A DNA stretch of 64,000 bases. Origin: the human T2T-CHM13v2.0 reference genome, Homo sapiens. The stretch lies in the NCBI RefSeq assembly GCF_009914755.1, contig NC_060936.1; one strand, 5' to 3'. Position numbers and translations under genes: made by a program. Within the stretch, counting starts at the first letter, position 1. Each line of letters starts with the position of its first letter. Of this stretch, positions 1 through 16,300 are shown piece after piece. The notes under the pieces were generated by a model. It was not told where the DNA came from. It saw nothing but the letters and a program-made list of their open reading frames with translations, and did no database searches.

Positions 1-390
1 TCTCCCTTGATCCGTCTACTTCAGGTATATTGACCACTTTGTATTTCTTTGAACATACCAAGGCAACACCTGCCTCAGGAACTGCATCTTGATGTCCTCT
101 TTCCCTGATAGCTTCTTCCCAGAGACACCTGTGTGGCTTACACTCTCAGTTTTTCTGGTCTTTGTTCAGTTGTCCCCCTCAGAAAGGGGTGTTAATTAGC
201 ATCCCTCATCACTGTCTAATATTTACCTTAATTTATTGTTTATGTCGTTGTACTTACCTCATCTTTCTATGGTATATTCATTTATTCATTTATTTTCTAT
301 CTCCTGCTCTGTATGTTTTACATTTGTATCCTCCTTGCATAGGAGAAGGCCTAATACATAGAAGGTATTAAATAAATAAATATTTTTAAG
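1..390 (+). mobile_element. L2 (LINE-2) 3' end, highly diverged
   Basis: Resembles the L2 3' region (...cctgcctcagg...cctaatacatagaaggtattaaataaataaatattt; consensus ends cctggcacatagtaggtgctcaataaatatttg). Confidence 0.6.
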
Positions 391-3300
391 TCAATACATG
401 TATAATATCTATGTTTTAAATAATTACAATATGTTTACAAGCAAGAACATTAGAAGTTGTGAGAGCAATCCTAGACTAGAGATGCACTTCTTATGGTTAT
501 TCTACAAATCTTTCTGAACTTCAAATTCTTAATACTGAGGCATATATTTTCCTTTTCAATTCTAATACAGGTAGATGTTTCCTTGTAAGATTTAACACTT
601 TTTGTAATATATTCATAGTTATTCCTTTTTAGAGTAAAAAAACAGATTATATGACTCAGCAAGGTTATTTGGATTTATGCATTATTGTTGCTGTGTTTTT
701 ATTTCCTCCTTTTACTTTTTTTTAAAAGCTTACATTTATATGAGGTACAAAAGAAGTTGATGCAAGTATAAAATAGTGATATCTTGAATTTTTATCTTTG
801 ATACCTTTAGAAAAATTTCAACTATACCTTATAAAAAGGAAAAAAAAATGAACAAAAAACAAAAATAAATACAATTAATAAGAGCTACTCTTCCTCACTG
901 TTGTTGGAAATTTTCATCTAATGGCAAATATTTAGGACCACCTGCTTTGATCATGGAGATGATGACTCTACCCCCTAACAGTTCTGTTGGTGGAGTAAAA
1001 TAACTAAGGAGGTTATCAGGGCCATAGAAACCTTTATGATCTACCAATTCTTGCATGCCTATGGAGACTCATTCAGTTCAGCTACTCCTCAACACTGTAA
1101 AAGAAAAAGAACTCATCTGAGGATCTTACAGATGAAGAAATCTTTTGTGGAATTTTCTGCAATTCCTCATTTCACACCAGACCATGGTGAGTGGAGCTGG
1201 ATGGACTGTATAATAAGGTGCACTGCTCTCTGATAGAAACTTTCATAAAGAAGAAAAGTTACTGATGAAAGCCAGTGGATTGCGTGTGTGTGCACTAGTG
1301 AGCAGTTGAGATTTCATCTCATTTTCAGTGCCTGTAGAATGAAGGACATCAGGGGAGCAGGCCACAAACCTGAACTCCCTCTGCTCCTTCCCTGAAAGTG
1401 AGGAAAGAGCATCAAAGGGAATGAAAGTGACTGAATATCCAACAGGAAAGTATTGTATGTTCTTGCTTTGGGTCACAGTCGTGGTTTGCATCATAAAATA
1501 AGAGCTTCCTAATATAACATTTATGAACTCCTTAGTCCTTGGGTATACATTGAGAAGTTGTGAAGAATATTTATATGTGTTGAGAGTGATTATTAGCTGT
1601 GGATCATTTAATGTTATCCTTTGTAATCTGAGGGGTGAGGATTACATTTTAAACTGTAATTTTTGCATTAATTATTTTTCCCTTTAACTATATTTGAAAG
1701 TCTTTTCCCTTCATAATTAAACCTAGAAAAGGTATCTATGACTGTCTATGACTCAAAGCAGTTACTTGCATTACCTGAAGAAAGCAGTGCCAGGGAATTG
1801 TTTATTTAAAGAACACTATATTATTATTTGTAAGTTAAAAGTTCTAATCTTTCATGGTTTTTATTAAGTAAACATAATCAAATAATGTATTAATTGAAGC
1901 ATGGGATTAACATAAACTAGCTCAGAATTTTAAATATCCTATTTGATAAAATATGATGAAATATTTCTTTTCAAATTGCTCACAAGATAGCTCCTTGGAT
2001 TTCACTGAGGTTAGGTCTATGACACCACTAGTTTGAGTTATTACTTAAAAATATTTTTCTAGCTTAAATTCACACAGTATAAATGAAATGCCTCCAAAGT
2101 ATTTTGGCTAGTTTAGCACAGTCAATGTTTCTATTTTTTATAAAAATGGAATTATTGGAAACACTTCGTATTTTGGACATCTGATTTCTCCACCTTGACC
2201 CCTCCTCTTCTCTGCTACCACTGGTTTTCACTTCTAAAATATTTTGCATTTGTCATCTAAACAGCTGTAATAGGTCAGCTCTTTGAGGCTCAGTGTTCCA
2301 AATTCAGGTTTTAATCTTTACATTTTCTTGGGCAAGTGTCAGGGAAACTCCAGCAGAACTCAAGAGGAATCTGTCTGGAATTCTCCTGTGACTTTGTTAT
2401 GGGTTAAAAAAATTATTTTAATTTCTTGGCTCTGATAATTACAAAAGGGAAGACAAAATATGATAATTTGCGAAAATACCAAATCTATGCCTTTGGTTTT
2501 TTTTTAGTGTCAAAAGTGAGTTAAGATTGATAGAGATTTAACGGTTTAATTAATAAAGGTTTTAGTATAATTACTTCAATTATGTTAGCTTATGTAAATA
2601 TTTCAAACAGAAAACATTTACATAGCAACAAAATCCTGGTTTGCTAATTAGTAAGACAATTCAGAGGAAACATATTTTCAATTAGGTATAAAGCTAAATT
2701 GGATTATATTCTGAATGAATTGGACATGTTCAGATTTTATTCAGATGACCCAGTACAAGTAAAATAGAAGTATTCCATGTATTTTCAAGTATTACTCGAA
2801 ACGCTGCATTCATGCTGCTTCTGGCTAGCTAGTTGAGGCTGGAATTATTTAATCTAGAAGTATCATTTTCTCTTACAGTTCAAATTGCACTATATACACA
2901 GATGTTTACTCTAGTTTTCTAGCTAAACCAGAGAATAGGAAGGGAGTGCAAATGAGCTTGTATTTGTAATTGCATTCTCTCCTGTGATCATTAAATGTGC
3001 TTTATCTTTAACATGCTAAAATGCTAAGGTATCACAAGGGAGTACTAACTCCAGATTTAACCTGCTAAATTTGAGAAAGCCTACAGATTTGCACTTTAAG
3101 TCTTCCTGCAAGAGTCTGTTTTCAATGTTATTTTCCAACAGTTACTGGAAAGTTTTATCAGCAGAAATCCAGATACATTATTTCACCTTTTACATAAGCT
3201 ATGGCCCATGTTCTGTATTTAGAAATTTTGACTGTCATTATCAAATAAAATATACAGAATAAACATGTCTTCTTTACATCTAATTTTAAGTTCCAAAACT

Positions 3301-3846
3301 CAACTGAGACATGGAAAACATTGATGGTTCATTAAAAAGAAAGAAAGAATAAAAAATGAGAATAGAAAATATGTCTGGTGATGAATAGTTTTGAGAGAAA
3401 TTTAAACCCTCTCCCGTATTTCATGAACATGGTCTAGGTAGTAATGATCAGCTGTTTGACTTTTATACAGAGTGTAAGAATTAAATAAACTTAACTATGA
3501 GGAATACAAGTCAGAGTTTAGGTCCATGAAAGACACAATCAATTTATAGGATGCTTAAACTAATCTAGATGCCTAAATTAACCAACAATACATTTCTTGA
3601 AGAGAGGAGCTATATTTAAATTTTTAGTGTGTACCAAAATGACTACAGTGTCATCAATTTTTAAATATCTGTTAACTACAGGAATAAGAAAAATAAATAC
3701 TTGTTAATACTCCAATTACTTCCCAGATTAAGAGATTTGTTTCTCTACAACAAAGGATATTTGTACCTACCTTGCTCTGAGAAACAGCCTGCACTGTGAA
3801 CTCATTTTATCAACAACAAGACTGCTTAAAAGCAGGAAGAAAAAGC

Positions 3847-4194
3847 CGTAAAAAATGATGAGTTCACGTCCTTTGTAGGGACATGGATGATATTGGAAAT
3901 CATCATTCTCAGTAAACTATCGCAAGAACAAAAAACCAAACACCGCATATTCTCACTCATAGGTGGGAATTGAACAATGAGAACACATGGACACAGGAAG
4001 GGGAACATCACACTCTGGGGACTGCTGTGGGGTGGAGGGAGGGGGGAGGGATAGCACTGGGAGATATACCTAATGCTAGATGATGAGTTAGTGGGTGTAG
4101 CGCACCAGCATGGCACATGTATACATATGTAACTAACCTGCACATTGTGCACATGTACCCTAAAACTTAAAGTATAATAATAATTTAAAAAAAA
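3847..4194 (+). mobile_element. 5'-truncated L1PA2/PA3-type 3' end
   Basis: ORF2 tail, 3'UTR and A-tail; 11-bp TSD GAAGAAAAAGC at 3836-3846 and 4195-4205. Confidence 0.95.
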
Positions 4195-4651
4195 GAAGAA
4201 AAAGCAATCATTCTAGCCGGGCTGATTACAGAAAGCACTTAATTTCTTGGGATCCTGAAAAGCTGTGTCTGGTTGTCTAGTTTTCTACTCTGTGTTTCGT
4301 TTCCTACTACTGCCTTTTTAGTTTGTTTATTTGGACGGTTGGTTGGTTTTGTGCTTAGCTTCCTCTAAATAAAAAAGTCTATCTGAGCTTGTGTAAGAGT
4401 GCTGCACTTCTGCCTGTGTTCTCCGGCTTAGATATCTACAACCTGACATTGGTCCATTTACCCTGAGCACATAACTTTTAACATATATTTAGCATCCAAT
4501 TGGCTTCAGCCTTCTCCTGCACAAATTGTACCTTTGAAGCGAATGATGACAGTGTCCATTCAACTGGGTCCTGAATCCTCTCCATATGTTGCAGGTTGGT
4601 TTCATGGCCTATGTTCTAAGCTAACCCATCTCAGTATAAAATAGCTATACA

Positions 4652-4961
4652 GGCCCGGCGTGATGGTTCACGCCTGTAACCCCAGCACTTTGGGAGGCCC
4701 AGGCGGGCGGATTACCTGAGGTAGGGAGTTTGAGACCAGCCTGGCCAACATGGAGAAACCCCATCTCTACTAAAAATACAAAATTAGCTGGGTGTGGTGG
4801 CGCAGGCCTGTAATCCCAACTACTTGGGAGGCTGAGGCAGAAGAATCGCTTGAACTTGGGAGCCGAAATCACGCGGTGAGCTTCCAGTGAGCCGATCACG
4901 CCATTACACTCCAGCCTGGGCAATAAGAGGAAACTCCGTCTCAAAAAAAAAAAAAAAAAAA
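4652..4961 (+). mobile_element. AluS-type SINE
   Basis: Dimeric Alu with A-rich linker and poly(A). Confidence 0.95.
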
Positions 4962-5138
4962 TCTGTACATTTCCTAATCTATAGGAACCAAATTGGACCC
5001 TTAACTTGATCCTATCTCCAAATTATTCAGCTGCCTCAGCTGAGTTTTCTCTACAATTGTTCCTTGCTTATCACACTGTACTCTTTCCATAATTGATTCT
5101 GATAATGATTTTGAGAGTAGCCCTTATTTTCTTAATGA

Positions 5139-7630
<2,492 letters not shown>

Positions 7631-7847
7631 ATCAGATTTATTAATAAAGTTTTACAGTGATATAATTGAGTGGATTAAAAGGGGGTTGGTCCCAGTAGGG
7701 TTTATGCATAGCCTACTGTTCATACACAGAAAGACACTTCTTTCACAGTGCACAGATATTGTGAGTTGATACTCTAAGAATTAAAAGTATTAGATGTGTG
7801 GGTTATTTGCCTGTCGGTTCTCATATACTATACCTTTACTTGCTCTT

Positions 7848-8397
7848 TGCATTAGTTTTCTATTGTCACTATAACAGATTACCACAAATTTAGTGGCTTA
7901 AAATACAAATAAATTTGTTATCTTGCAATTTTGGAGTTTACTGTTCTAAAATAGTCATCACACTGGGCTAAAATCAATGTGTTTGTAGGGCTACGCTCCC
8001 TCTGGAGACTCTAGGAGAGATTATGTTTCCTTGACTTTTCCAGCTTCTAGAGGCTGTCTGTATCCCTAGCCCTGGTGGGCCTCCTTCCATCTTCAAAGCC
8101 AGCAACAGTGAGTTGAACCTCTACTTGCTCAATTCAAACTTGTTTCTTTCCTTGTATCTTCTCTGTCTCTAAGTCTTCTGCATGACTCTTCCACATCTGA
8201 AGAAATCTGGTGATTATATTGAGCCCTACATATGATCCAAGATACTTTTCTTATTTTAAAGACAGCTGATTACAAATGTTAATTTCATCTGCAATCTTAA
8301 TTCTCCTTTGCTATTAAACATAACATATTCACAAGTTCTGGAGTTTAGTATGTGAACCTCTTTGGGGTATGGTAGGAATACTATTCTATCTGCCACA
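7848..8397 (-). mobile_element. MLT1-family MaLR LTR
   Basis: Typical MLT1 motifs (attaccacaaatttagtggcttaaaa; tttccagcttctagaggctg). Confidence 0.75.
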
Positions 8398-9425
8398 TTC
8401 CACTTTGCATTGCAATCAAGCATATTTCTGTTCCCTTGCAAAGTATTTCAAGCTAGTTTCAGCCACTAGCTGGCACTAAGAGGAGGTTGGAGATCGAGAA
8501 GAAGGAAGCTACTGATTATTCCTTTGCTCGGCCAATGTATCAAGCTACAGTTACATCTCCTCTCATTCCACATTAGTGTTCTCAGCAATTGTATTAACTT
8601 TGTTAAAAATATCCCTTGCATTGACTTGCATCTATTTAAAATTTGACCTACAAGTCAATTAACAATGAAGACAAGATTAATGGGATGTTGTACCATCTTA
8701 CTGGGAAAAGTTTACCAAAAGTATATTATGAGCACAGGGGCATAAACTTCTCTTTCGAGGAAAGAATAGAGAACCACAGTGCCTATATCTTTTAAAAAAT
8801 CTCTAATTTTTTTCTTTTTAAAAATATCTGATCATGCATTGCTGAAGAACAAAACAAAAATTAAGCTAATGGGTAGTGTGAGCAACTTGCAAGTCAAATT
8901 CACAGTCTGACCAAATGTTAAGATTAGGGCATTAATTGGAAAGGAGAGGGAACCTAAGATTTGAGCTGGCAAACTTAGGCCAGATTTAGAGAAATCTGAG
9001 AACGTTGAATCCTCAAACCTTCAATGCAGGAATTGCCTAGCAAGGAGATGCATCGTCTCAGGATCCATTCCCAGTATTCCTTGTTGCTTCTAGATTCATT
9101 GAGTGAGATAGTCTCATGTCTAGCAGATCTTTAAGATGTCTTAGATGTCAAAAATGTTGCAAAATCTTGCTAACGTTCATAAGCAGGAATACAAGAAGTG
9201 TAAAGGCTGATTTAAGAATTGTCAGGCTTAATATGTTCATAAAAACGCACTTACCAGAGTTTTGCTTTTAATGTGCTTGCTCAGATAATGGAAAGTGGCT
9301 CTAACCATCTGAATAAAAATGTAGATTCAATGGTAGCCTATAGTCAATTAGATCAAAATGCCAGAACTTCTCTGCCATTATGAAAAAAAAAAATCCAAAG
9401 ACTAAGACAATAAGAATGCTATTTA

Positions 9426-9644
9426 TTTATTTATTTATTTATTTATTTTTTTTTTCTTTTTTCTTTTTTTTTTTATTATACTCTAAGTTTTAGGGTACAT
9501 GTGCACATTGTGCAGGTTAGTTACATATGTATACATGTGCCATGCTGGTGCACTGCACCCACTAATGTGTCATCTAGCATTAGGTATATCTCCCAATGCT
9601 ATCCCTCCCCCCTCCCCCGACCCCACCACAGTCCCCAGAGTGTG
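9426..9644 (-). mobile_element. L1HS-Ta, severely 5'-truncated (3'UTR plus tail)
   Basis: Minus strand reads gatgacACAttag (9566-9568) and cttaGagtata (9483); long A/(TAAA)n tail; TSD TGCTATTTA at 9417-9425 and 9645-9653. Confidence 0.93.
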
Positions 9645-9942
9645 TGCTATTTAGAGTTATTAAGTTGTACCCATTCATTCTCTCCCACTACCACTTTCCA
9701 CTAACTTTGCTAACCAGAGGGCCCAGAGGACTCTTCCTTACAAATACATTGAGAAACACACTAATCTGGGAGTACCATCAGCTTAAAAAATTACTTATCT
9801 ATATTACGGGAAAATTTTTTAGTCTGGTTAGCAAAAATCCCACTGGGGTAACTACAATTGGAAGTAATTATCTGTCACTCATTTTCCAGGTCTAAACCAA
9901 TTCATACATTGGTTCAATACAATACAATTCAACACATACTGT

Positions 9943-10449
9943 GTTGAAATACAGTTCTCCATGGGGTCCCTCATTTTTTGGCAAGTCTTTTGAGCAGAGA
10001 CATAGACAACTTTTGTTTTGGATCTTTATTAAGATGTTTATAAGACAAGCAACACTGAAAGATAAGTAAAGTCTCCTCTAGGACAGACGGAGATATTTTT
10101 CCCCATAATAAAGATAATGTCTTTTTCTGGGGCAAAGGTTGGGCAGGTTTGCTTGCAACCCATTGTGAAAGATTGGGGTATTTTAAGTTTGGTGTTTTTT
10201 AGTTGAGATGCAAACCCACTGCAGGCAAAGCATCTATGTTGGTGGCTCTGCAATGCTCTGTGGGAACTGTGGGCAAGGGAAACCAATGCAGATATTAAAC
10301 TTATGTTTTCTGCCTGTCTTTGAGTAATAAAATTATTTTTCCCTGATTCAGGAGTCTCTTGTCTTTTGCCAACATCCATGAAACTTTAGCAATTTAAATT
10401 ATGAGCTTGCAAACAGGATACAAACTTTGATTCCTCACATTGCTTGGCA
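9943..10449. mobile_element. ERV1-type solo LTR (MER34/MER31-like)
   Basis: ~500-bp TG...CA element with an aataaa signal; similarity judged from memory. Confidence 0.5.
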
Positions 10450-10630
10450 ACCTGAGATTTCTGTGATTGAAATGAGCGCTCAGTTCTCTTGATAAAAGGG
10501 TATATAGGTTATATGCTGCAAGTCTTCCTTTGATTATTTATAGGTTACCAGAGGGCTTATGGTGATGAGGTGCTAAGTAGAATTTTGGCCCAGGTGAATC
10601 TTGGAGTAGGCCCAGTAAATTCTCAAACCA

Positions 10631-10633
<3 letters not shown>

Positions 10634-10690
<57 letters not shown>
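10634..10690. repeat. (TA)n microsatellite
   Basis: Pure TA run of ~56 bp. Confidence 0.98.
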
Positions 10691-10693
<3 letters not shown>

Positions 10694-11165
10694 TTCAGTT
10701 CATTAATGCCTCATTGACATTGTTATTTGGAAACCTGCAGAATCCTCATATTGGTCCCCCGACCTGACAGGGCTGTAGATGGCAAGAAAAACTAAGGGTA
10801 AATTCTTATCACAGCATCTTATTATCAAATAGCAAAGCGTATGTGTCACATTCTTGAGATAATTGCACCAATTTGTACCATTAAAAAAGACTTGAAAGAT
10901 GCAGGAATATGGATTCAAATAATATTATAATGTAAGCTGTTGTTCAGAGGTGCAAAACCAAATAGATCTTTAACAATGAAAATCAACGTAAACTGAAATC
11001 TGGAGGTCATTGATATATTGGAGCAAATTCATTTCTCTATTAAGCAAATTTTTAAAAACCAATTGTTAAGTAGGGCCATTAATATACCTTCAATGACATA
11101 CATTCATGCTTTATCAGAATTCGTGCTTTCTGACAATATTAACTAAATATATCTGAATATACATC

Positions 11166-11662
11166 TATTATGGGTTGAATTATGTCTTGGAAAAATATAT
11201 GTTGAAGTCCCAGTTCTCAGTTCAACAGAATGTGATATTATTTGGAAATAAGATCATTGCAGGTTAATTAGTTATATTAATTAGTTAATTAGTTATATTA
11301 ATATAGTTAATTAGTTAATGAGGTTATACCGAAGTCAAGTGGTCCTCGGCCAATATGACTGGTGTCCCTGTAAGAAGACAGCCATGTGAAGACAGAGTCA
11401 CAGGCAGAACTTGATGTGAAGATGGAGGCAGAGATGTGATGCATTTATAAGCCCAGAAATCCCAAGGAGTGCCAGCTAATACCAGAAGCTAGAAAAAAAA
11501 GGCATGGTCTAGATTTTCCCTTGGTGCCCTTGTAAGGAACCAATCCTACCCTCTACCAACATCGTGACTTCTAGCTTTGAAACGTGTGAGGCAATAAATT
11601 TCCATTGTTTTAAGCCACTATTTTGTGGTACTTTGTTATCTCAGCTCGAGGATACTAATGCA
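11166..11662 (+). mobile_element. MLT1B/C-like MaLR LTR with an internal AT-rich micro-repeat (11264-11320)
   Basis: tattatgggttgaatt...gtgaagatggaggcagag...aataaatttccattgttttaagccac. Confidence 0.8.
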
Positions 11663-12156
11663 CAACCTCACAGAATTTCAAGCTGATTTACTCTTTTAAG
11701 GAGCTCATGCTACTCAGACTTGTTGAGCAGGAAGCAGCACATACTCTAAGATGCTTTAATAAGACGCTTATATGACAATAAAATCCAAAAACATCAAGAG
11801 ATAGGCACATTGATGTAGTTTTTGGTGAAACAGTTTGATTAAGGTGAAGCATGGAAGCTGACAAGTATTGGAAATATTGTAATTTATATTATAAATTTAT
11901 ATAAGAATTTATACAAGAATTTTATAAGAATTTATATTCTTACATAAAAAAAGAAAATTGATCTTATTTTTTACAACAGTGTATTCTTTTTAGAATACAG
12001 TTTTTTCATACATTAGTTCTATTTCTTATGTTTCTATTACTTTTTTAATACTTACTATTTTACTTTATTTTTGAGACGTACATATACATATTTTTAAAGG
12101 CACTGACCTAATTGACACGGCAACGAGACTGTCAAAGAATATTTAAAATAAACACT

Positions 12157-12357
12157 GGCCAGGTGCTGTGGGTCACACCTGCAATCCCACCACCCTGGGA
12201 GGCAGAGGCGGGTGGATCACCTGAGGTCAGGAGTTCAACCAGCCTGGCCAACAGAGCAAAACACTGCCTCTACTAAAAATACAAAAATTAGCCAGGTGTG
12301 GTGCATACCTATAGTCCCACCTACTTGGGAGGCTGAAGCAGGAGAATCACCTGAGCC
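12157..12357 (+). mobile_element. AluS/J, 3'-truncated
   Basis: Left arm, linker and partial right arm; no poly(A). Confidence 0.9.
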
Positions 12358-14153
12358 TATTTCTATACTAGACTAAGAGATTGTAATATTCTAAAATATT
12401 AACCATACTTTCCTATTAAGTAATAAACAATACTTACTATATGCTTGGTGTTTAACTTTTTAGATTAAACAAGTATTTTAATGTTTCAAGGATTTCTATT
12501 ATGTATACAAGTAATTAATACTTGTTGATGAGTTGTTTCTACTTTCAAGTTTTAAAGGTATTAAGGTTGAAATATTATAAAAGGATTGCAAAATTTATGC
12601 AATAAAGCAGACATTTTTATAAAAGAAAGGATGGAAGATTTAAGTAAGATATTGAAAGGCACATTTACAAATGTAAACAGTTGTATCTGAGAAGAGTTTG
12701 TAGGTATGTGACTGTCTGAGAGTGTTGGGTCCAAACCTAAGCAAAGTATTTATCCTGGCAGAATCTCTTTGCCTCTTATTATGGCCTGAAAGCAGCACTT
12801 TAAAATCCTCTGTAGGTTTGTAAGAGGTCACTCTCTCCTCGACTTTCAAGTAGGACAAGAGAAAGCAAGTTCTAAAGAACAGGTTGACCCCTGACCCTGA
12901 AAACATCACTGTACTGATGATTAGGAACAGAAGTTGTTTCTTTTCAGGGAAGAAAATACTTCTTTTGGTATCCTCATTTTATTTTTCCTGGAGGCAAACC
13001 TAGATCAAATTTTGAGAAATCTATAACTCTGTAATTCTATTATTTAAATTCCAATTATAAAGGTAGAATAGATTAGGTAGAGAAATGTCATTCCTTGCTC
13101 AGGGCTACATTAGAAATCCCTGTCACAGGTAGAATTGGAACACAAGCCTCTCCCACAGTATTAACAGTCACATTTCTATCTATCACATTCTTTTACTTAC
13201 CTAAAACAGCTTTTTTGCATTTTTAAATAATACATATATTTTAAAGGGTAAAACCTACCGATGTATAATCTCATTTTCCATGTCTTATAAGCCAGACCGC
13301 TCTCCACAGTCTCATAAATGATGAGAAAAATTCTTCAAATCATGATACCATGAATTTATTGTCCTCAAAAGAAGGATTCCTCATGCTAAAAGCAGGTGCA
13401 CCGGTGTGAATATGTGGCTGTCCCATATTGAGGAGCCATATATTTCACAGTTAGGCTCTACACAGAGAAATAAACAGCCATATGGCAAACAAACTTACTT
13501 TTTACTGCTTCATTTTATTTGTTTCAAAATAGTGCAGTGCCACAAATCCAGAATATTAACAACGCTCCATCTGGAGAAATGTAAGTTTTGGAGCCCTGAA
13601 CCAGCACGTTAGCATTCCCACAAAACTTCCGATCTTCAATCCACTGCAAACTTGGAACCAGCTTTATGTCAACCCAGCATGTCTTTCTAATGCAATGCTA
13701 GTGGCTCAATTAAAATGTTTATAAAATGAAAAAAAAAAAAAACCTTAATTCTGGAAAGATTTTAAAAGTCGGCCTGCTTGCATACACGTCTAATAGACTG
13801 TGTTACAATGTTTATTAATAAATATCTTTGTAAATGTAGTTAGCTTTATCTCTATTTTGCAAATGAGAAAAAGGAACATAGAACTGCCTGGATACAAATG
13901 TCTGATCTGCATTTAGAAACCTAGCTTTTTAGATTAGAAATAAATGACTGATGCTTGCTTCACTAGTTCAACAAAAATTTATTTATGTTTTCTAGGCAGA
14001 GTACAGGATAACAAAATGAACAAAAGGTGGCTTACCATCTCAGGAAATTTTACTTAACATAAATATTTATAATAGATTGCAGAGGATCCAATTTCTGTCC
14101 GATACATGCTTTATTCAATGATAAGTTAAAGGCACTAATTGGTGGCTATGTAG

Positions 14154-14483
<330 letters not shown>

Positions 14484-14629
14484 GGCTATGTATCTCTTTA
14501 CTTGCCTATTGGAAAGAAGAATGTGGAAGTTACAGAATTAGGGCAGGAAAATAAGTAACAATCAAATGAAATTCAGGGTTATTATTTAGGAAAAGCCCTA
14601 GCGCATATTGTCATATTGTTAAATATGCT

Positions 14630-14718
14630 AACATATATAGTAGTATATATGTGTATATATATACACACACACACATATATATGCTAGTATATATATATGT
14701 TAGTATGTATGCTAGCTA

Positions 14719-14764
<46 letters not shown>

Positions 14765-14812
14765 CCTAGGTATGTTTTATATATGTATATATATATATAA
14801 TATATATATATG
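14630..14812. repeat. Compound (TA)n/(CA)n microsatellite
   Basis: Seen directly. Confidence 0.95.
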
Positions 14813-15003
14813 TTTTTGTTTTGGTTTGAAATATTTTAAAGATATTAATTGTAAAGAATTACCAACAATGCATAAAATATACACATAATTTGATAGATGT
14901 TTGAAAATGAATGTGCATGTAACAATCTGTTCATGTGCTTGTACCTGTAACATAGGTTCAGAAATAGAACATTGGCAGCAATGCAGAGCCGCTGTGTGTC
15001 CCC

Positions 15004-15301
15004 TTTTTTTTTTTTTTTTTGAGACAGAGTCTCACTCTGTCTTCCAGGCTGGAGTGAAGTGGCGCAATCTTGGCTCACTGCAACATCCGCCTCCCTGGTG
15101 CAAGCGATTCTCATGCTTCAGCCACCATGTAGCTGGGATTACGGGTGTACGCCACCACGTCCTGCTAATTTTTGTATTTTTAGTAGAGACGGGGTTTCGC
15201 CATGTTGGCCAGGCTAGTGTGGAACTTCTGGCCTAAAGTGATCTGCCCACCTCAGACTCCCAAAATGCTGTGACTACAGGCGTGAGCCACTGAGCCCAGC
15301 C
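15004..15301 (-). mobile_element. AluS-type SINE
   Basis: Full dimer with poly(T) on the + strand. Confidence 0.95.
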
Positions 15302-15439
15302 TGTCTATGTGTCCTTTTGTGATCCCAAACTTTTTTTTACAAAATGCCAGAAGGAAAAATTAAACTTATCATTATTTCCATGTTGTTTTATCTTATGTAT
15401 CAGTACTTACATTTTCATTCCTAAATGATAGTTTAGTTC

Positions 15440-15655
15440 CCAGAATGACATTTTCCATAAATGTCAGATAGTAAATATTTTAGTCATTGCAGGTCATAGG
15501 TCTCTGTAACAGCTACTAGGCACTGCCATTGCAGTACAAAAATAGCCATAGAATGATAGGCAAAAGTATGAATGTATCTGTACACCGTACAACAACTTAC
15601 AGAAACAGATGTAAGGCCAGATTTGATTCAGGGCCCATAGTTTCTGACTCCTACT
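15440..15655. mobile_element. MER58A-like hAT-Charlie DNA transposon
   Basis: cagatagtaaatattttag...ggccagatttgattcagggcccatagtttctgactcct. Confidence 0.7.
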
Positions 15656-16300
15656 TTGGTTTTCTCTGCTTTTCAGTTTTATATAAACATAATTAAATCT
15701 TACTATTTTTGGTTTTTAGCTTTTGTTTGTCTCACTTTTGTTTGTAAAATATGATCATTTAACTTGCAGTTTGTTCATTTTAATTGTCTTAATATTTCAT
15801 TGTATGAATATTTCATAATTTGTTTTTCTCATTGTACTGTTGATGAATGTTTGAGTTGTTTAAAGTTTCTGGTTATTTTATTGCTGCTGTAAATTTTCTC
15901 ATATAGGCATCCAAATCCACATGTGAGTGAATTTTAAAAGCATATATACTTATTAATATTATGAATATAATTATTGGGCCATAGGGTATGTGCAACTTCA
16001 AATATACTTGATAATGCCAGTCTATTTTCCAAAGTGGCAAAATTGACTGGCACTATTCACCAAAATGGTATATGGGTTCCATTTATTCCCTATCCTTATA
16101 TATGTATTCAATTTGGGGTAGATTTTCTGTGAGCGCTTGAAAATACAGTTTGCATAATATATCATTTTTAATCCCATTACTTTTACTCATTTTGTATTTT
16201 GTATTTTATATTTGTCTCTTGTAAGTAACATGTTGTTGGTATTTTTTTTTCCAATATAAGCATGAGTATCACTAAATGGAACATTTAGTACATTCATCTG
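15656..16300 (-). mobile_element. Old L1ME fragments
   Basis: Degenerate L1M 3' motifs (ttgatgaatgtttgagttgttt; ttttccaaagtgg). Confidence 0.55.

Larger units (their letters stand above)
8640..11900 (+). mobile_element. Degraded ERVL-type internal sequence, interrupted by later insertions
   Basis: ERVL gag-like remnants (agggcattaattggaaagg...; ggaattgcctagcaaggagatgc); no ORF. Confidence 0.45.

Noticed and set aside
1036-1494. Short ORFs on both strands in unique DNA, plus an ATG|GTGAGT donor near 1187
   Set aside because: No recognisable protein similarity and no coherent exon chain; such ORFs are expected by chance.
4645-4944. Alu-derived ORFs (also at 14246, 14901, 25103, 25520, 45163)
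   Set aside because: These are standard antisense Alu translations, not genes.
10570-10767. ORFs with IYIY repeats (also at 14697 and 48905)
   Set aside because: They are translations of (TA)n microsatellites.
11264-11320. ttaattagttata repeat array
   Set aside because: A slippage expansion inside an MLT1 LTR; no spacers, so not CRISPR-like.
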